Shown here: positions 1 to 11,221 of the stretch, in pieces
Numbering within the stretch: the stretch's first letter is position 1
Layout of the letters: the number at the start of each line of letters is the position of its first letter
DNA from: an uncultured Alteromonadaceae bacterium
GTDB lineage: Bacteria; Pseudomonadota; Gammaproteobacteria; Pseudomonadales; Halieaceae
Assembly: GCA_964454155.1 (NCBI GenBank)
Contig: CAYVQI010000001.1
Coordinates: 4,844 to 68,843, forward strand
Reading direction: 5' to 3'
DNA length: 64,000 nt
The notes under the pieces: model-generated
Database searches by the model: none
The model's input: the letters and a program-made list of their open reading frames with translations, nothing else
What the model was told of the DNA's origin: nothing
Made by a program: the position numbers and the translations under genes

Positions 1-108
1 GTCGGGCGACAATATCAATGCTTTAGCGGCAAGCTCGGTAGCCTCAAGCGGCTTACCGTCACGCAGCGCAGTCTTCGTCTGCTCAAACAGGTTTTCAACG
101 AGGGACAT
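1..108 (-). CDS. Partial CDS (N-terminus only, runs off the window edge); helical TPR-like protein
   Basis: Manual translation from ATG at 108: MSLVENLFEQTKTALRDGKPLEATELAAKALILSPD. The A..A..AL...P pattern is TPR-like. Open to base 1. Confidence 0.55.
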   Translation of the reverse strand, partial: MSLVENLFEQTKTALRDGKPLEATELAAKALILSPD

Positions 109-164
109 AAAGACCGTTTCTCTCAGTAGCGTTGATGTAAAGAATTTAGGGCAAGCACGTGCAT

Positions 165-200
165 AAAAAAAGGGGTGTCAGTTAATGACACCCCTTTCTT
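165..200 (-). terminator. Intrinsic terminator after the TonB-dependent receptor (possibly bidirectional)
   Basis: AAGGGGTGTCA-gttaa-TGACACCCCTT perfect stem flanked by an A7 tract and TTTCTT. Confidence 0.85.
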
Positions 201-223
201 GGGCTGCACCGAAGCGCAATAGA

Positions 224-2650
224 TCAGAAACGCTGCGTAAAGCTCACACCCACGCTGCGTGGCTGGTTAATTGTGACCCGCTCGTCCCAGGTCACCGCGT
301 TCTGCCAAACCGTTCCACGCTCATCGGTCAGGTTTTGGACGTACAACTGTGCAGTCCAAGTCTCTCTGTCAATACCGAATGACGTATTGAGCACCTTGTA
401 GCTAGGCTGAGTCCGTCGCTGAGTGGAAATGGTGCCTCCATCAAAGAGGTTGTTGTACGACTTACCGGTGTACATGTAAGCGGCCTGTACGAAGTAATCG
501 TCACCAAAGCCATAGCGAGTCGAGATATTCCATTTCACTTCGGGAACCCTTGGTAAAGCTGTACCCGATGGCGCATCCGGAACGGCACTGCCCTCGCTGC
601 GACTGTAATCAGAGGTCAGCGTGGCCTCGACGAAGCTTGCAGCACCCATAACGGTCCAGTTGTCACTGAGCATAGTCACGAAGTCGAACTCTACCCCGTT
701 ACTTTCTGCATTACCCACATTGTAGGTCAGTGTCGTTGGCGAGATCGACGTGTCTAAGCGTGAAAACTGGAAATCGTCCCATTTCTGCATAAACGCGGCA
801 CCGTTGACGCGTGTTTTACCGCCGTTAAACGTCGCCTTAAAACCAAACTCTGTCGAGGTCAGGAAGTCCGCCTTGAACTCACAACCGATGTTCGACGAAC
901 CCTGATTTCCCAAACCATCAATGGCTCTCGCAGAGCAAAAGCGATTAAGTCCGCCAGGTCGATAACCCTCGCCCCATGCCGTGTAAAGCATGAGCTCGTC
1001 ATCGACTTGCCACTCGAGTGACATACGCTTTACCGTGTCAGTCGCTTTGGTAATGCGTGCCTCAGGGGCACAATCAACACCATAGTTACTCTCGGGACGA
1101 TCGCCCTGAGGGCCGAATCCACCGCAAGGCCACCAAACAGTCCCTGAGAATCCGTCCAGGCCGCTGTCGTAGTCGAAGCGTCTTGCACTACCTGACAGGG
1201 TTAACGCGTCGGTGATGTCATAAGAGACCTCAGCAAAGTACGCCGTCTCCTCATAGGACCGAACAAAGTCAGTGGTCCAGTAGATATCGGGCGCGTCAAC
1301 CGCCATCGCCGGGATATTATTCAAGCCCAGCACGTGCCAATCACTGTCGGAGGCCGTATCAACCTCTACGTAATAGGTACCCACCATGTAGCGAAGCCGC
1401 TCAGCCGAATCCGACGTGTAACGAAGCTCGTAATTCTTACGTGAGATATTGGTCGTATTGGTGTACTGCTCTCGCGGATCTTCGCACTGCCCCGTGTACG
1501 ACACATAGCACACGTAGTAGGGCTGCACGTAACCATAGGACACGTAGTAATCACTGTAGAGCGAATAGTCCGCATAGGTTTCAGTGTCTCGATCAAGATC
1601 GCCGTAAGACGCGCTCAGCGTACCCCCCGCCAGCTCACCTTCAAGTTTCAATGAGAACTGGGTCCACTCATCGTCACTCCAGTCAGGCAGTAATCGCATC
1701 ACTTCAAGGTCACCAACGCTCGGATCGTGATCCCAAACCCCGTTTGCTTCAACTTCTTGCATCATGGCCGACGCCGTCAACGTCCAGCTGTCGTTGAGGT
1801 CAATGGCCAGGGCCGCTCGTCCGCCAACCGTTGTCGCGTCATTGAAGTTCTTCTCGGCCACATCGGCGTTGTCGACCGTGATATCAGCAGCGACTTCATT
1901 GAGGGGACTGGTGGGATCCAGACCCGCGCGAATGTAGCCCTGGCGGAAAGTATGCGTACCGGCAACGTTATCAATGTAACCGCCGTCGTGCTTGTAGTAG
2001 CCCACCAGACGCAGCGCCATACGGTCACTCAGAGGGATATTCACGAAACCTTCCGTCAGGTGACTTAAATCTCCCGACTTGGGTTGCCCCATACTGAAGC
2101 TCACACCGCCCTCGAACTTTTCAGTACTCGGCGCGTTAGTCACGATCTTGATCGCGCCCGACTGCGCATTGGCGCCATAGGTCGTGCCTTGCGGGCCCGC
2201 CAGAACCTCGATTCGGTTAATGTCGTAGACGTGGGGGTTAAGGTACTGTCCCACCGCCGTCACTGGCTGCTCATCGAGGTAAACCGCAACACTGGGGTTG
2301 GCGCCAAGGCTGCTCTCACCACCACTGGAAATACCTCGGATGTAAATGTCTCCCGAGCTCGGACCTAAGGTCACGAAACTCACGTTGGGAAGCATCATGA
2401 TGTAATCTTCCATATCGGAAATATTGAGATCTTCAAGTTGCGTCTCGCCCAACACGCTGACACTCATTGGAATGTCCTGCACACTCTCAGATCGACGAGT
2501 GGCTGTTACTAAGACCTCTTCAATTTGAGCCTGAGCCTCGCTGGGCAGGATTACTGTTGCCGCACCAACCAGTCCGCACGCAGTAGACACCGCCATCGCG
2601 AGCGGCCGCTTAAAAAATGAGTTTTTTAAGGATGAGTCTTTGATTTTCAC
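224..2650 (-). CDS. TonB-dependent receptor
   Basis: 808 aa; signal peptide, TonB box (EEVLVTATRR), plug motif RIEVLAGPQGTTYG, QNLTD motif and C-terminal Phe. Confidence 0.95.
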   Translation of the reverse strand: MKIKDSSLKNSFFKRPLAMAVSTACGLVGAATVILPSEAQAQIEEVLVTATRRSESVQDIPMSVSVLGETQLEDLNISDMEDYIMMLPNVSFVTLGPSSGDIYIRGISSGGESSLGANPSVAVYLDEQPVTAVGQYLNPHVYDINRIEVLAGPQGTTYGANAQSGAIKIVTNAPSTEKFEGGVSFSMGQPKSGDLSHLTEGFVNIPLSDRMALRLVGYYKHDGGYIDNVAGTHTFRQGYIRAGLDPTSPLNEVAADITVDNADVAEKNFNDATTVGGRAALAIDLNDSWTLTASAMMQEVEANGVWDHDPSVGDLEVMRLLPDWSDDEWTQFSLKLEGELAGGTLSASYGDLDRDTETYADYSLYSDYYVSYGYVQPYYVCYVSYTGQCEDPREQYTNTTNISRKNYELRYTSDSAERLRYMVGTYYVEVDTASDSDWHVLGLNNIPAMAVDAPDIYWTTDFVRSYEETAYFAEVSYDITDALTLSGSARRFDYDSGLDGFSGTVWWPCGGFGPQGDRPESNYGVDCAPEARITKATDTVKRMSLEWQVDDELMLYTAWGEGYRPGGLNRFCSARAIDGLGNQGSSNIGCEFKADFLTSTEFGFKATFNGGKTRVNGAAFMQKWDDFQFSRLDTSISPTTLTYNVGNAESNGVEFDFVTMLSDNWTVMGAASFVEATLTSDYSRSEGSAVPDAPSGTALPRVPEVKWNISTRYGFGDDYFVQAAYMYTGKSYNNLFDGGTISTQRRTQPSYKVLNTSFGIDRETWTAQLYVQNLTDERGTVWQNAVTWDERVTINQPRSVGVSFTQRF

Positions 2651-2861
2651 GTCGTGTTCCCTCTCTGACTTAGCATCGTTTTAGTTATTTTACTGCGCCT
2701 CTTGCCGTCCCCGGGGTATCACAGAGTGATGGTGTGATTAGCAAGTCAACGCGAGCGTTAACTTCACGCCCTTCACGTGGTATACCGAGAAATGTCATCA
2801 ACATCAAATAAAAATAATGGTCGGGGTTAACCCGTACGTGGGTCATTAAGAGGAGACCGAG

Positions 2862-4220
2862 TTGAAGATAAAAGAACCGGCACGAGAGATTGAGGTCATT
2901 CACTCAACGGATGTACTTGTCGTTGGAAGTGGCCCTGCCGGCCTTGCGGCCGCCCTCGCCGCGTCACGCTCCGGTGTCCACGTCACGTTGCTGGAGCGCT
3001 TTGGCTGTTTCGGCGGCAACATTACTGCGGTCGGCGTAGAGGGGTTTGCCTGGTACCGTCACGACGCCACCATTGACAGTGAAGGCATTGGTATCGAGTT
3101 TGAAGAGCGCGCTAAGCGCGCCGGGGCCTCAGTCAAAGAGCCCCAATCCGACAGCCATGCGATTGATGGAGAGGCGTTCAAAGCCGTTGCCGATGACTTA
3201 GTCTTAGAAGCGGGCGTTACTCCCATGCTCCATCGGATGTTTGTCGCACCGGTCATGGAAGGGAACCAGATCAAAGGCGCTATCGTTGAGAGTAAAGCAG
3301 GACGAGAGGCGATATTGGCCAAACGCGTCATCGATGCCACGGGCGATGCCGACGTGGCTTATCGGGCGGGTGCGCCGACAGTTAAACAGGCAAAGCAAGA
3401 CATGATTGGCGCCTCAGTCATGTTTTCTCTCTCCGGGGTCAATAAGCAGCGTTTTATTGACCATGTAAAGTCGGCGCCCCACACCTACGCAGACTGGGCC
3501 TATGGCCAATGGACTATCGAGACCACTGGCAAAGAAGACCAAATGTTCTCGCCCTTTTTACGGAAGCCGTTCGAGCGCGCCCGCGCCGAAGGGCTGATCC
3601 CAACGAATCTCGACACCATTTCAGGCACTTGGGGCGCACTCTACGATGCAGGTGATCTGACGTACCTCAACCTTGTTCATCTCCTGGGCTACGACGGCAC
3701 AGACCCGCAGGACTTGACTCACGGTGAGATGGAAGGACGGCGTCAGGCCATGCTTGCGGTTCGAGCACTTCAAGAATTCCAGCCAGGCTGCGAAAGCGCA
3801 AAGCTGCGCAACTTTGGAATGACCCTTGGCATTCGAGACACGCGTAAGATCGACGCGGTCTACAACATGACGGAACTTGACGTCCGAGAACAAGCGCGCT
3901 TTGACGAGTCCGTCGGCATCTTCCCCGAGTTCATCGACGGCTACGGTATTTTAATCTTGCCTACAACAGGCCGCTATTTTCACCTGCCGTACCGCACGCT
4001 TCTGCCAAAAGGCGTTGAAAATCTGATTTGTGCAGGCCGCATTACCGGTGGCGATCGCGTCAGTCATGCGGCAACACGAAACATGATGTGCTGCGCCGTC
4101 ACGGGGCAAGCCGCAGGCACTGCCGCTGCTCTTTCGGTAAAGCGTAATGAGGCGTTTGACTCGCTTTCAGTGGCGGCACTTCAAGACGAGTTAAAACATC
4201 AAGGCGCCCGCTTGCACTGA
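2862..4220 (+). CDS. FAD-dependent oxidoreductase (FAD_oxidored family)
   Basis: DVLVVGSGPAG Rossmann motif, IDATGDAD, ENLICAGR; RBS GAGGAG before the TTG start. Confidence 0.88.
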   Translation: MKIKEPAREIEVIHSTDVLVVGSGPAGLAAALAASRSGVHVTLLERFGCFGGNITAVGVEGFAWYRHDATIDSEGIGIEFEERAKRAGASVKEPQSDSHAIDGEAFKAVADDLVLEAGVTPMLHRMFVAPVMEGNQIKGAIVESKAGREAILAKRVIDATGDADVAYRAGAPTVKQAKQDMIGASVMFSLSGVNKQRFIDHVKSAPHTYADWAYGQWTIETTGKEDQMFSPFLRKPFERARAEGLIPTNLDTISGTWGALYDAGDLTYLNLVHLLGYDGTDPQDLTHGEMEGRRQAMLAVRALQEFQPGCESAKLRNFGMTLGIRDTRKIDAVYNMTELDVREQARFDESVGIFPEFIDGYGILILPTTGRYFHLPYRTLLPKGVENLICAGRITGGDRVSHAATRNMMCCAVTGQAAGTAAALSVKRNEAFDSLSVAALQDELKHQGARLH

Positions 4221-4222
4221 CC

Positions 4223-5353
4223 TTATGCAGCGCCACTTGGAGACCGCAGCCCGCGTATCAGTAACGTCGCGTAAACGGCCGCATAAAGCGCAATAACCAC
4301 CATTCCAATCCACTCAATTTTGAGTGGCGTGAACTGATACAAAAACACGAGTCCCGCAAGAAGAGCGACGTGTAAACCCACGTATTTTTGAAATCCCAGC
4401 GCCTCGACCGTCCAGCCCAGATTCTGCGAGTAAAGCCGAGTCAATGAGTCCAGCGAGTTAACGACAAACAAAATACCCACACCAATCATGAGGGCGTTGA
4501 CCCCTTGACCAACCGACAGACCCGACTCGAAGTATCCGAAAAGCACGCTAAACCAGAGGGCAATCGGTATGGAAGGAACAAACAATATCGCCAATGCCAA
4601 TTTCCAGGCCCGCATGCCGTTCACAAACCGCGCGACGAACTGACCGATCATAATCGACCACGCGAACCACCAACTCAGGTAAAAACCGTGGTAGTCATTC
4701 AACGGCAGAACAAAATATTCCAAATGAGTCAGGTAAGCACCGAGCCCGCTCAGATTACTGACCAGCCCTCCCACCCCAGCGCCCGACGCAAGCCAAGCAA
4801 TGACAATCAGCAGCAGAAACATGGCTGTAGACCCAACGCTCAAGACTCTGAGCACCGACAGACGCGTGCTGGACAACACTGCAATAACGATGACTGCACC
4901 AACGGTGAAATAGGTCAGTAGAGGGCTAATACCCGCGACGTAACTCGGCAGGTAGGCGAGAAACAAATACGCCGTAAAGGCACACGTCGCCACCACCACT
5001 AAGTTGTGAATCCAGCGAACCAAGGGGCGTTCAAAGAACTTTAGACGCGGTTCGATGGCACAGAAGTACAAAGTGGTTAACACGTAAAAACCCCAGACAA
5101 TCCCACCCCAAAACCCAAATTCAACAACGAGGGGACTGGCAAATGAGTACTCATCCCCCGTCGCATACGTCTCAAAGTCAATCAGTGGAAACATGATCAA
5201 TCCGACGTCGAGACCCGAAGTAAATAAAATCGCAAGCAGCGACACCGTGGGCAGTGGCGTGTCACCCCAGCATTCGTAGTTCGGCCACCGAATCACAACA
5301 TAAGCTGCGCTGACCAGTGCAACCAGCATGGCCACCGACAATAACGTCATCAC
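4223..5353 (-). CDS. BCCT-family (choline/betaine/carnitine) transporter, short type
   Basis: Highly hydrophobic; [14 protein letters not shown] and [21 protein letters not shown]-like motifs; overlaps the betA stop. Confidence 0.82.
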   Translation of the reverse strand: MMTLLSVAMLVALVSAAYVVIRWPNYECWGDTPLPTVSLLAILFTSGLDVGLIMFPLIDFETYATGDEYSFASPLVVEFGFWGGIVWGFYVLTTLYFCAIEPRLKFFERPLVRWIHNLVVVATCAFTAYLFLAYLPSYVAGISPLLTYFTVGAVIVIAVLSSTRLSVLRVLSVGSTAMFLLLIVIAWLASGAGVGGLVSNLSGLGAYLTHLEYFVLPLNDYHGFYLSWWFAWSIMIGQFVARFVNGMRAWKLALAILFVPSIPIALWFSVLFGYFESGLSVGQGVNALMIGVGILFVVNSLDSLTRLYSQNLGWTVEALGFQKYVGLHVALLAGLVFLYQFTPLKIEWIGMVVIALYAAVYATLLIRGLRSPSGAA

Positions 5354-7059
5354 GGTGCCGACCTCAGCATGGCCTCGTCAAGCGGTCGCACCGCAGCGCC
5401 CTCCCGCTGCTCGGTCCGCCAGTTCTGCGCCTCCCAAACGGGACTTTCTGAAGACTCCATCGGCTCGCCACGGATCAGCGCGGCTGCGCGCTCCGCAACC
5501 ATAATCGTCGGGGCGTTTAGATTACCGTTGGGGATTGTGGGGAAGATGGACGAGTCCACCACACGAAGACCGCGAATGCCTCTAACCCGGCACTGCGAAT
5601 CAACCACAGCCCTATCATCGTCATCGGCACCCATACGACAACTGCAGGAGGGGTGATAGGCCGTCTCGACGTTCTCTCGCACCCACGCGTCAACCGCGTC
5701 ATCGTCGGAAAGATCGATTGCAGGTTGAATCTCCGCTCCCCGATAAGCATCCAACGCAGGCTGACTGAGCACTTCTCGCGTAAGACGCAGACAAATACGC
5801 CAGTCCTCTTTATCTTTCTCGGTTGCCAAATAATTGAACACAATCTCTGGCGCATCACCCAATTTCGGGCTTCTTATTCTCACATGACCGCGACTTTCAG
5901 GCTTATTAGGACCAACGTGCACCTGAAAACCGTGGCCTTCAAAGGCTGCATTACCGTCATACCTCACGGCACCCGGTAAAAAGTGGTATTGAATGTCAGG
6001 CGACCGCACACCCGACCGAGTCCGAATAAAACCGCAGGATTCGAAATGATTACTCGCACCCAAACCTGTTTTGGTCAATATCCACTGCACGCCGATCTTG
6101 AGCTTGGACAGCAGATTCAGGTGCCCGTTTAACGTAATCGGCTTCAGGCAACGATACTGAAAGTAAACCTCAAGGTGGTCCGTTAAATTTTCGCCGACGC
6201 CCGGCAGTTCGTGCTGCAGCTGAACGCCTGCCGCAGCGAGTACGTCTTTGGGGCCAATGCCAGATCGCTGCAACACCGCGGGCGAACCAATACTACCGGC
6301 ACTGAGAATAATTTCTCTTCTCGCCTGAACAGTGCGCCGTGCGCCCTTGTGCTCAAAGCAGACCCGTTTTGCGACCCCTGACTCCATCTCAACCCGATCC
6401 ACCTGTGCCCGAGTCAGCACCGTCAGGTTTTTACGTTCTCGTGTGTTGTTTAAATAGGCCCGCCTTGTCGACGATCGCACTCCCCCTTTGACCGTCATGT
6501 GCATGGGTCCAAAGCCTTCCTGGCGGTGGCCGTTATAGTCATCTGTCGTGCCGTAGCCCGCCTGCTCGCCCGCACCAATAAAGGCGTCATAAAGTGGGTT
6601 TTTGCGGTTATTACCGTTTGAGGTCCCCACCGGTCCTGATCCGCCACGGTATGAGTCGCCGCCGTGCATCCACGCCTCAGCCCGCTGAAAGTAAGGCAAA
6701 CAATTGCGGTACTTCCACCCGTCTGCTCCGTTGACCTCCCACTCGTCAAAATCGCACGCATGACCCCGCACATAAACCATGCCGTTAATGGCTGACGAGC
6801 CACCCAAGCCGCGACCGCGCGCCGCGTCCATGGGCCGCCCATTCAGCGTCGGTTCGGGTTGGCTGTAGTACCCCCAGTTAAATTCCTTTGACGCCATTGG
6901 TATCGCGAACGCGCTGGGCATATCCACGAACAGGCTGCGACCCTCACCACCCGCTTCGAGTAAAAGGACCGCCACGTCAGGGTCTTGAGACAAGCGATTG
7001 GCGAGAACGCACCCAGCGGAGCCCCCCCCCACAATGATGTAATCGAACTCACTTTGCAT
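5350..7059 (-). CDS. betA: Choline dehydrogenase (GMC oxidoreductase)
   Basis: [45 protein letters not shown]. Start set at ATG 7059 (RBS GAAGG). Confidence 0.93.
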   Translation of the reverse strand: MQSEFDYIIVGGGSAGCVLANRLSQDPDVAVLLLEAGGEGRSLFVDMPSAFAIPMASKEFNWGYYSQPEPTLNGRPMDAARGRGLGGSSAINGMVYVRGHACDFDEWEVNGADGWKYRNCLPYFQRAEAWMHGGDSYRGGSGPVGTSNGNNRKNPLYDAFIGAGEQAGYGTTDDYNGHRQEGFGPMHMTVKGGVRSSTRRAYLNNTRERKNLTVLTRAQVDRVEMESGVAKRVCFEHKGARRTVQARREIILSAGSIGSPAVLQRSGIGPKDVLAAAGVQLQHELPGVGENLTDHLEVYFQYRCLKPITLNGHLNLLSKLKIGVQWILTKTGLGASNHFESCGFIRTRSGVRSPDIQYHFLPGAVRYDGNAAFEGHGFQVHVGPNKPESRGHVRIRSPKLGDAPEIVFNYLATEKDKEDWRICLRLTREVLSQPALDAYRGAEIQPAIDLSDDDAVDAWVRENVETAYHPSCSCRMGADDDDRAVVDSQCRVRGIRGLRVVDSSIFPTIPNGNLNAPTIMVAERAAALIRGEPMESSESPVWEAQNWRTEQREGAAVRPLDEAMLRSAP

Positions 7060-8101
7060 CGAGGCTACCTTCTTCATGTATGAGTGAACGACCTTCGAGC
7101 TGCCGCCGCACATCAGTGGGTATCTTAAAGTTCATATGCGACGCAACCGAAGGAAAAATATCGACGATTGCGGGGGGCGTCGTCGGATCGAATTCTACAG
7201 AGCGCGAGTTGGTCGCTATCCACGTGGTTCGCTCTCGCAACGACTGCCCGCCGTGGTGTTTACCGTCCTCAGCCGATCGGCCATGGTCTGTGGTCACCAA
7301 TACCAGCCAGTCCTCTGCAGCATGCTCCGCCTGGCGCGCCTGAACGGCACGCCAAAGCTGAGCGAGACGCGCATCGATCCAACGAACAGCACGGTCCATC
7401 TCCGGGCCATCTCCAGACAAATGCCCCACATCATCGGTGTGCTGCAGATAAACCCACGACAGATCAGGGCCTTCATGCGTAATGGTCTCTACGGCACGCC
7501 GAGTGACTTCATGATCAATCGCCTGAATTCGCTCAAGCTCGTCCAAATCGGGTTTAAACGTCGGGTCTTTATCGAAACCGTCCGCCACGAAGTCGAATTT
7601 ATCGCCACCGGCTTGAGCGAGGCCGTCACCCAATAGAATAGTTCGGTTGTCGGTCCACGTTGAAAACAGCCCCGTGGTAACGAACCTATCCTGCTGCTTT
7701 GCGACCCTGAAAATATCCCAGTAGTGATAGTCGGGAGTAAGATCGTAGTTGGCGCGCACGTTGTGCTTGTTTGACCAAGTCCCGGTGAGGAGACTCATGT
7801 AGCCCACCGCTGAAATGGTGGGACTCTCCGTCACCTCGCCGATTCCCCCGCCGACGTAGGCATGACTGAACTTTCCATGCGCTGTCAGCGCATCGAGCCC
7901 CGGAGTCTTGACTCGCTCAATGACGTCGGTGGGTATACCGTCCACGATGACAAGCAGCGTTTTGGGAACACGCTCTGAACTGACATTCGAATCCTCAGCC
8001 ATCGTATTCAACGCCGTCAGCATCCCCATACTCAGCACCACAGCCCTTAGAGGAGTGTCCCAGCCAGGCCGTCGCGATAAGAGTCTACGCCAAGACTGCA
8101 T
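7049..8101 (-). CDS. Exported alkaline-phosphatase-superfamily enzyme (NPP/phosphodiesterase type)
   Basis: Metal ligands [21 protein letters not shown]; nucleophile region PTISAVG; signal-like N-terminus. The ORF's upstream extension overlaps betB and was trimmed; the exact start is uncertain. Confidence 0.85.
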   Translation of the reverse strand: MQSWRRLLSRRPGWDTPLRAVVLSMGMLTALNTMAEDSNVSSERVPKTLLVIVDGIPTDVIERVKTPGLDALTAHGKFSHAYVGGGIGEVTESPTISAVGYMSLLTGTWSNKHNVRANYDLTPDYHYWDIFRVAKQQDRFVTTGLFSTWTDNRTILLGDGLAQAGGDKFDFVADGFDKDPTFKPDLDELERIQAIDHEVTRRAVETITHEGPDLSWVYLQHTDDVGHLSGDGPEMDRAVRWIDARLAQLWRAVQARQAEHAAEDWLVLVTTDHGRSAEDGKHHGGQSLRERTTWIATNSRSVEFDPTTPPAIVDIFPSVASHMNFKIPTDVRRQLEGRSLIHEEGSLDAK

Positions 8102-8147
8102 AGCACCATCCTTCAACAGACACGCAAGACAACGACGTGCGCTACCA

Positions 8148-9644
8148 TCAGTAAGTGCGCTCAACCGCACCCAGATTGGCGTAAATAGTTTTCGTCTGAG
8201 TAAAGTGCTCAATGGTCTGAAGTCCATTTTCCCGGCCAATACCCGACTCTTTGTAGCCTCCAAACGGAATCTCTGCCGGCGTAATGTTGTACTCGTTAAT
8301 CCAAACGATACCGGCTTTAAGCGCGTTCGCAACGCGATGAGCGCGTGCAAAGTTCTGGGTGAAGACGGCGCCAGCAAGACCAAATCGCGTCTCGTTAGCA
8401 CGCGCCACCACATCGCCCTCGTCACTAAACTTGAGGACCGTCATCACGGGACCAAATACCTCCTGAGTGACCACGGGATGATCGTCGCTGTGGGCAACGA
8501 CCACTGCCGGAGAAACGAAATAGCCGCCGGTCATCGCGTCCGTGGTACCGCCACAGAGGAGCTCGACCTCCGAGGAGGTTTTCACCTGCCTCAGGTAGTC
8601 GATGACCTTGTCTCGCTGTAGTGCTGAAACCAACGGCCCCATTTGTGTCGCAGGGTCAAACGGATCGCCCACTACAATGGCGCACGATCGCCTTACGACC
8701 TCGTCAACAAATGAATCAAAAATCGCTTCATGAACAAATACGCGAGTGCCGTTGGAGCACACTTGGCCCGTTGAGTAAAAATTGCCCGCAAGCGCCGCAT
8801 TCACCGCGCTTTCGAAATCACAGTCATCAAAAATCACAATCGGTGACTTTCCACCCAGCTCTAAGGTGATCTTTTTGAGTGTTTGCGCCGCCATTGCCGC
8901 AACACGCTTCCCCGTAGCAACCGAGCCCGTCAAAGAGACTTTTGCCACGTTCGGATGCTGGACCAACGCGGCACCCACGTCGCCAGCCCCTAAAACCACG
9001 TTGAAAACACCCTCAGGCAAACCCGCTTCTCGATAAATCTGGGCGAGTCTTAAGGCCGTCAGCGGTGTGACCTCCGACGGCTTAAAGACCATGGTATTGC
9101 CACATGCCAGCGCAGGAGCCGACTTCCAGAGTGCAATTTGAATAGGGTAGTTCCACGCGCCAATTGCGGCACAGACTCCCAAAGGCTCTCTGCGCATAAT
9201 GGCGAAGGCTTCCGGCGGCAAATCGACCTGTGAGCCCTGCAAGCTTTGGGTCACCCCCGCATAGTACTCGAGGACTTCAACACCGCTGATGACATCAACC
9301 GCCGATGTCTCTTGAATGGCCTTTCCAGTATCCAAGGTTTCAAGTTCCGCCAACTCCTGGTTTCGCTCGCGCAAAAGCACCGCTGCGCGCCGCAAAATGG
9401 CGCCGCGCTCAGCAGCGGGTGTCCGTGACCAACTGACGAACGCTTGCTCGGCCGACTCTACCGCCGCGTCGACCAGCGCCGCATCTGCAACCTCGACGTC
9501 GCAAATGACATGGCCTGTTCCCGGGTGCTGCGTTTGAAAGGTGGCACCCGCGTTCGAGCTCACGAACCGACCATTCACGAAGCTTCGCTGCCGCTCCAGC
9601 GTGGAATGTTGATGGTAAAACTGGAAGGACTCTGTCGTACTCAT
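8148..9644 (-). CDS. betB: Betaine aldehyde dehydrogenase
   Basis: IGAWNYPIQIA, LELGGKSP, GQVCSNGTR, EVFGPV, PFGGYKESGIGRENG; lies upstream of betA. Confidence 0.92.
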   Translation of the reverse strand: MSTTESFQFYHQHSTLERQRSFVNGRFVSSNAGATFQTQHPGTGHVICDVEVADAALVDAAVESAEQAFVSWSRTPAAERGAILRRAAVLLRERNQELAELETLDTGKAIQETSAVDVISGVEVLEYYAGVTQSLQGSQVDLPPEAFAIMRREPLGVCAAIGAWNYPIQIALWKSAPALACGNTMVFKPSEVTPLTALRLAQIYREAGLPEGVFNVVLGAGDVGAALVQHPNVAKVSLTGSVATGKRVAAMAAQTLKKITLELGGKSPIVIFDDCDFESAVNAALAGNFYSTGQVCSNGTRVFVHEAIFDSFVDEVVRRSCAIVVGDPFDPATQMGPLVSALQRDKVIDYLRQVKTSSEVELLCGGTTDAMTGGYFVSPAVVVAHSDDHPVVTQEVFGPVMTVLKFSDEGDVVARANETRFGLAGAVFTQNFARAHRVANALKAGIVWINEYNITPAEIPFGGYKESGIGRENGLQTIEHFTQTKTIYANLGAVERTY

Positions 9645-9832
9645 GGACTCATCTCGTTCTGTGTTGGTGATCAGGCCAAGCAATGATTGCACAGATTCGA
9701 CCACGCGTCCGAGCGCTTCCTGCGCCGCTCGTGTGTTGACCCATGCGCCAGCAACGTATTAGATGCATCACGAGATGTACGCCCATGATCCTCTGCGTGC
9801 GCACCGATGACGACATAATAAGAGAGACGACA

Positions 9833-11164
9833 ATGAGCGATACTTCTGAGGCCAGTCAAGAGCACAACCAAGAACAAAATATGCGTCGGGTTGCGATGAC
9901 CTCGCTTGCGGGTACCAGTATCGAGTGGTACGACTTCTTCCTTTACGGCACTGCAGCCGCAGTGATTTTTCCAAAGGCGTTTTTTCCGCAAGACCTGCCC
10001 ACCATGGTTCTCCTGATTATTAGCTTCAGCACCCTGGCGGTCGGATTTTTAGCGCGACCGTTGGGTGGTATTGTCTTTGGCCATTTCGGAGATCGGATCG
10101 GGCGCAAGCGCACATTGGTCGTTGCACTAATGATGATGGGGGTTGCGACAACCCTGATCGGTCTCTTACCGACCTATTCTTCCATCGGTATTGCTGCGCC
10201 GCTTATGCTCGTGGCTCTGCGATTTGTTCAAGGATTTGCCATTGGTGGCCAGTGGGGTGGCGCCATGCTACTGGTTACCGAGAGCGCGCCGGCAAATGAG
10301 CGCGGCTGGTATGGCGCCTATGCGCAAGCCGGAGCACCGATTGGTGTCATTCTTGCGAACCTTGCATTCATTGGGGTGAGTAGCTCGATGAGTGATGAGG
10401 CCTTCATGGACTGGGGTTGGCGGCTACCGTTTATTGCCAGCATTGTTCTGATTGGCATCTCCATGTACATCCAACTCAAGATCGAGGACACGGAAGCATT
10501 TAGGTCCTTGAGCGATGCGCAAACAGACAGCGATACGGTACCGCAAGTCGTAGAACGCTCACCCGTCATCGTGGCGATTCGTAAGTACCCAAAACGTATC
10601 ATGTTGGCCGCAGGTGCTTTTTTGTCGGTTCAGGTCACCTTTTACATTTTAATCGCGTTCGTTATCGCCTACGGCATGAACTCTCCCTCTGTTGAACTGT
10701 CCCGCGATACGATGCTCACCGCGGTACTGATTGCAGCCGCCTTTATGGTGCCCACCCAGTTCTACTTTTCGGGTCTATCCGATCGAATAGGTCGCAAGAG
10801 CGTCTATCGTTGGGGCGCAATTCTCACGGGCGTTTGGGGCTTTGCCTTGTTCCCACTGATCGATACCGGCAGCCCTATTCTGATCTGCGTGGCGATTACC
10901 ATGGGTCTCTTGTTTTTGGGTATGCAGTACGGCCCTCAGGCCGCCTATTTCACTGAATTATTCAGCACCGAGGTCCGTTACTCGGGTGCCTCATTAGGCT
11001 ATCAAATCGGTGCCATTATCGGCGGTGCACTCGCGCCAACGATCGCTGTACTCTTGTGGAATAACTTCGGCATATTCTACGTATCGGTCTACATCTTGAT
11101 CGCAGCGTTAATGACCTTGTGGTCACTCTCGCAACTCGAGGAAACAAAAGGCAACAGTCTTTAG
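9833..11164 (+). CDS. MFS transporter, metabolite:H+ symporter (MHS; ShiA/ProP-like)
   Basis: GTSIEWYDF, GHFGDRIGRKRTL, RFVQGFAIGGQWGG, WGWRLPF, ELFSTEVRYSG. Confidence 0.92.
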   Translation: MSDTSEASQEHNQEQNMRRVAMTSLAGTSIEWYDFFLYGTAAAVIFPKAFFPQDLPTMVLLIISFSTLAVGFLARPLGGIVFGHFGDRIGRKRTLVVALMMMGVATTLIGLLPTYSSIGIAAPLMLVALRFVQGFAIGGQWGGAMLLVTESAPANERGWYGAYAQAGAPIGVILANLAFIGVSSSMSDEAFMDWGWRLPFIASIVLIGISMYIQLKIEDTEAFRSLSDAQTDSDTVPQVVERSPVIVAIRKYPKRIMLAAGAFLSVQVTFYILIAFVIAYGMNSPSVELSRDTMLTAVLIAAAFMVPTQFYFSGLSDRIGRKSVYRWGAILTGVWGFALFPLIDTGSPILICVAITMGLLFLGMQYGPQAAYFTELFSTEVRYSGASLGYQIGAIIGGALAPTIAVLLWNNFGIFYVSVYILIAALMTLWSLSQLEETKGNSL

Positions 11165-11221
11165 AGCGTCAGGACTCGGGCGGCTCGGCGAGGTGTTGAG
11201 TCGCCGCATGCGCTCGCCGCC

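Noticed and set aside
8102-8425. 458-aa version of the phosphoesterase overlapping betB
   Set aside because: The N-terminal ~107 codons are an alternative frame of the betB 3' end. A signal-peptide-like start lies downstream.
9645-9832. BetI operator in the betB/MFS divergent region
   Set aside because: No TTAATTGAACGTTCAATTAA-like palindrome is seen, and there is no betI in the window.
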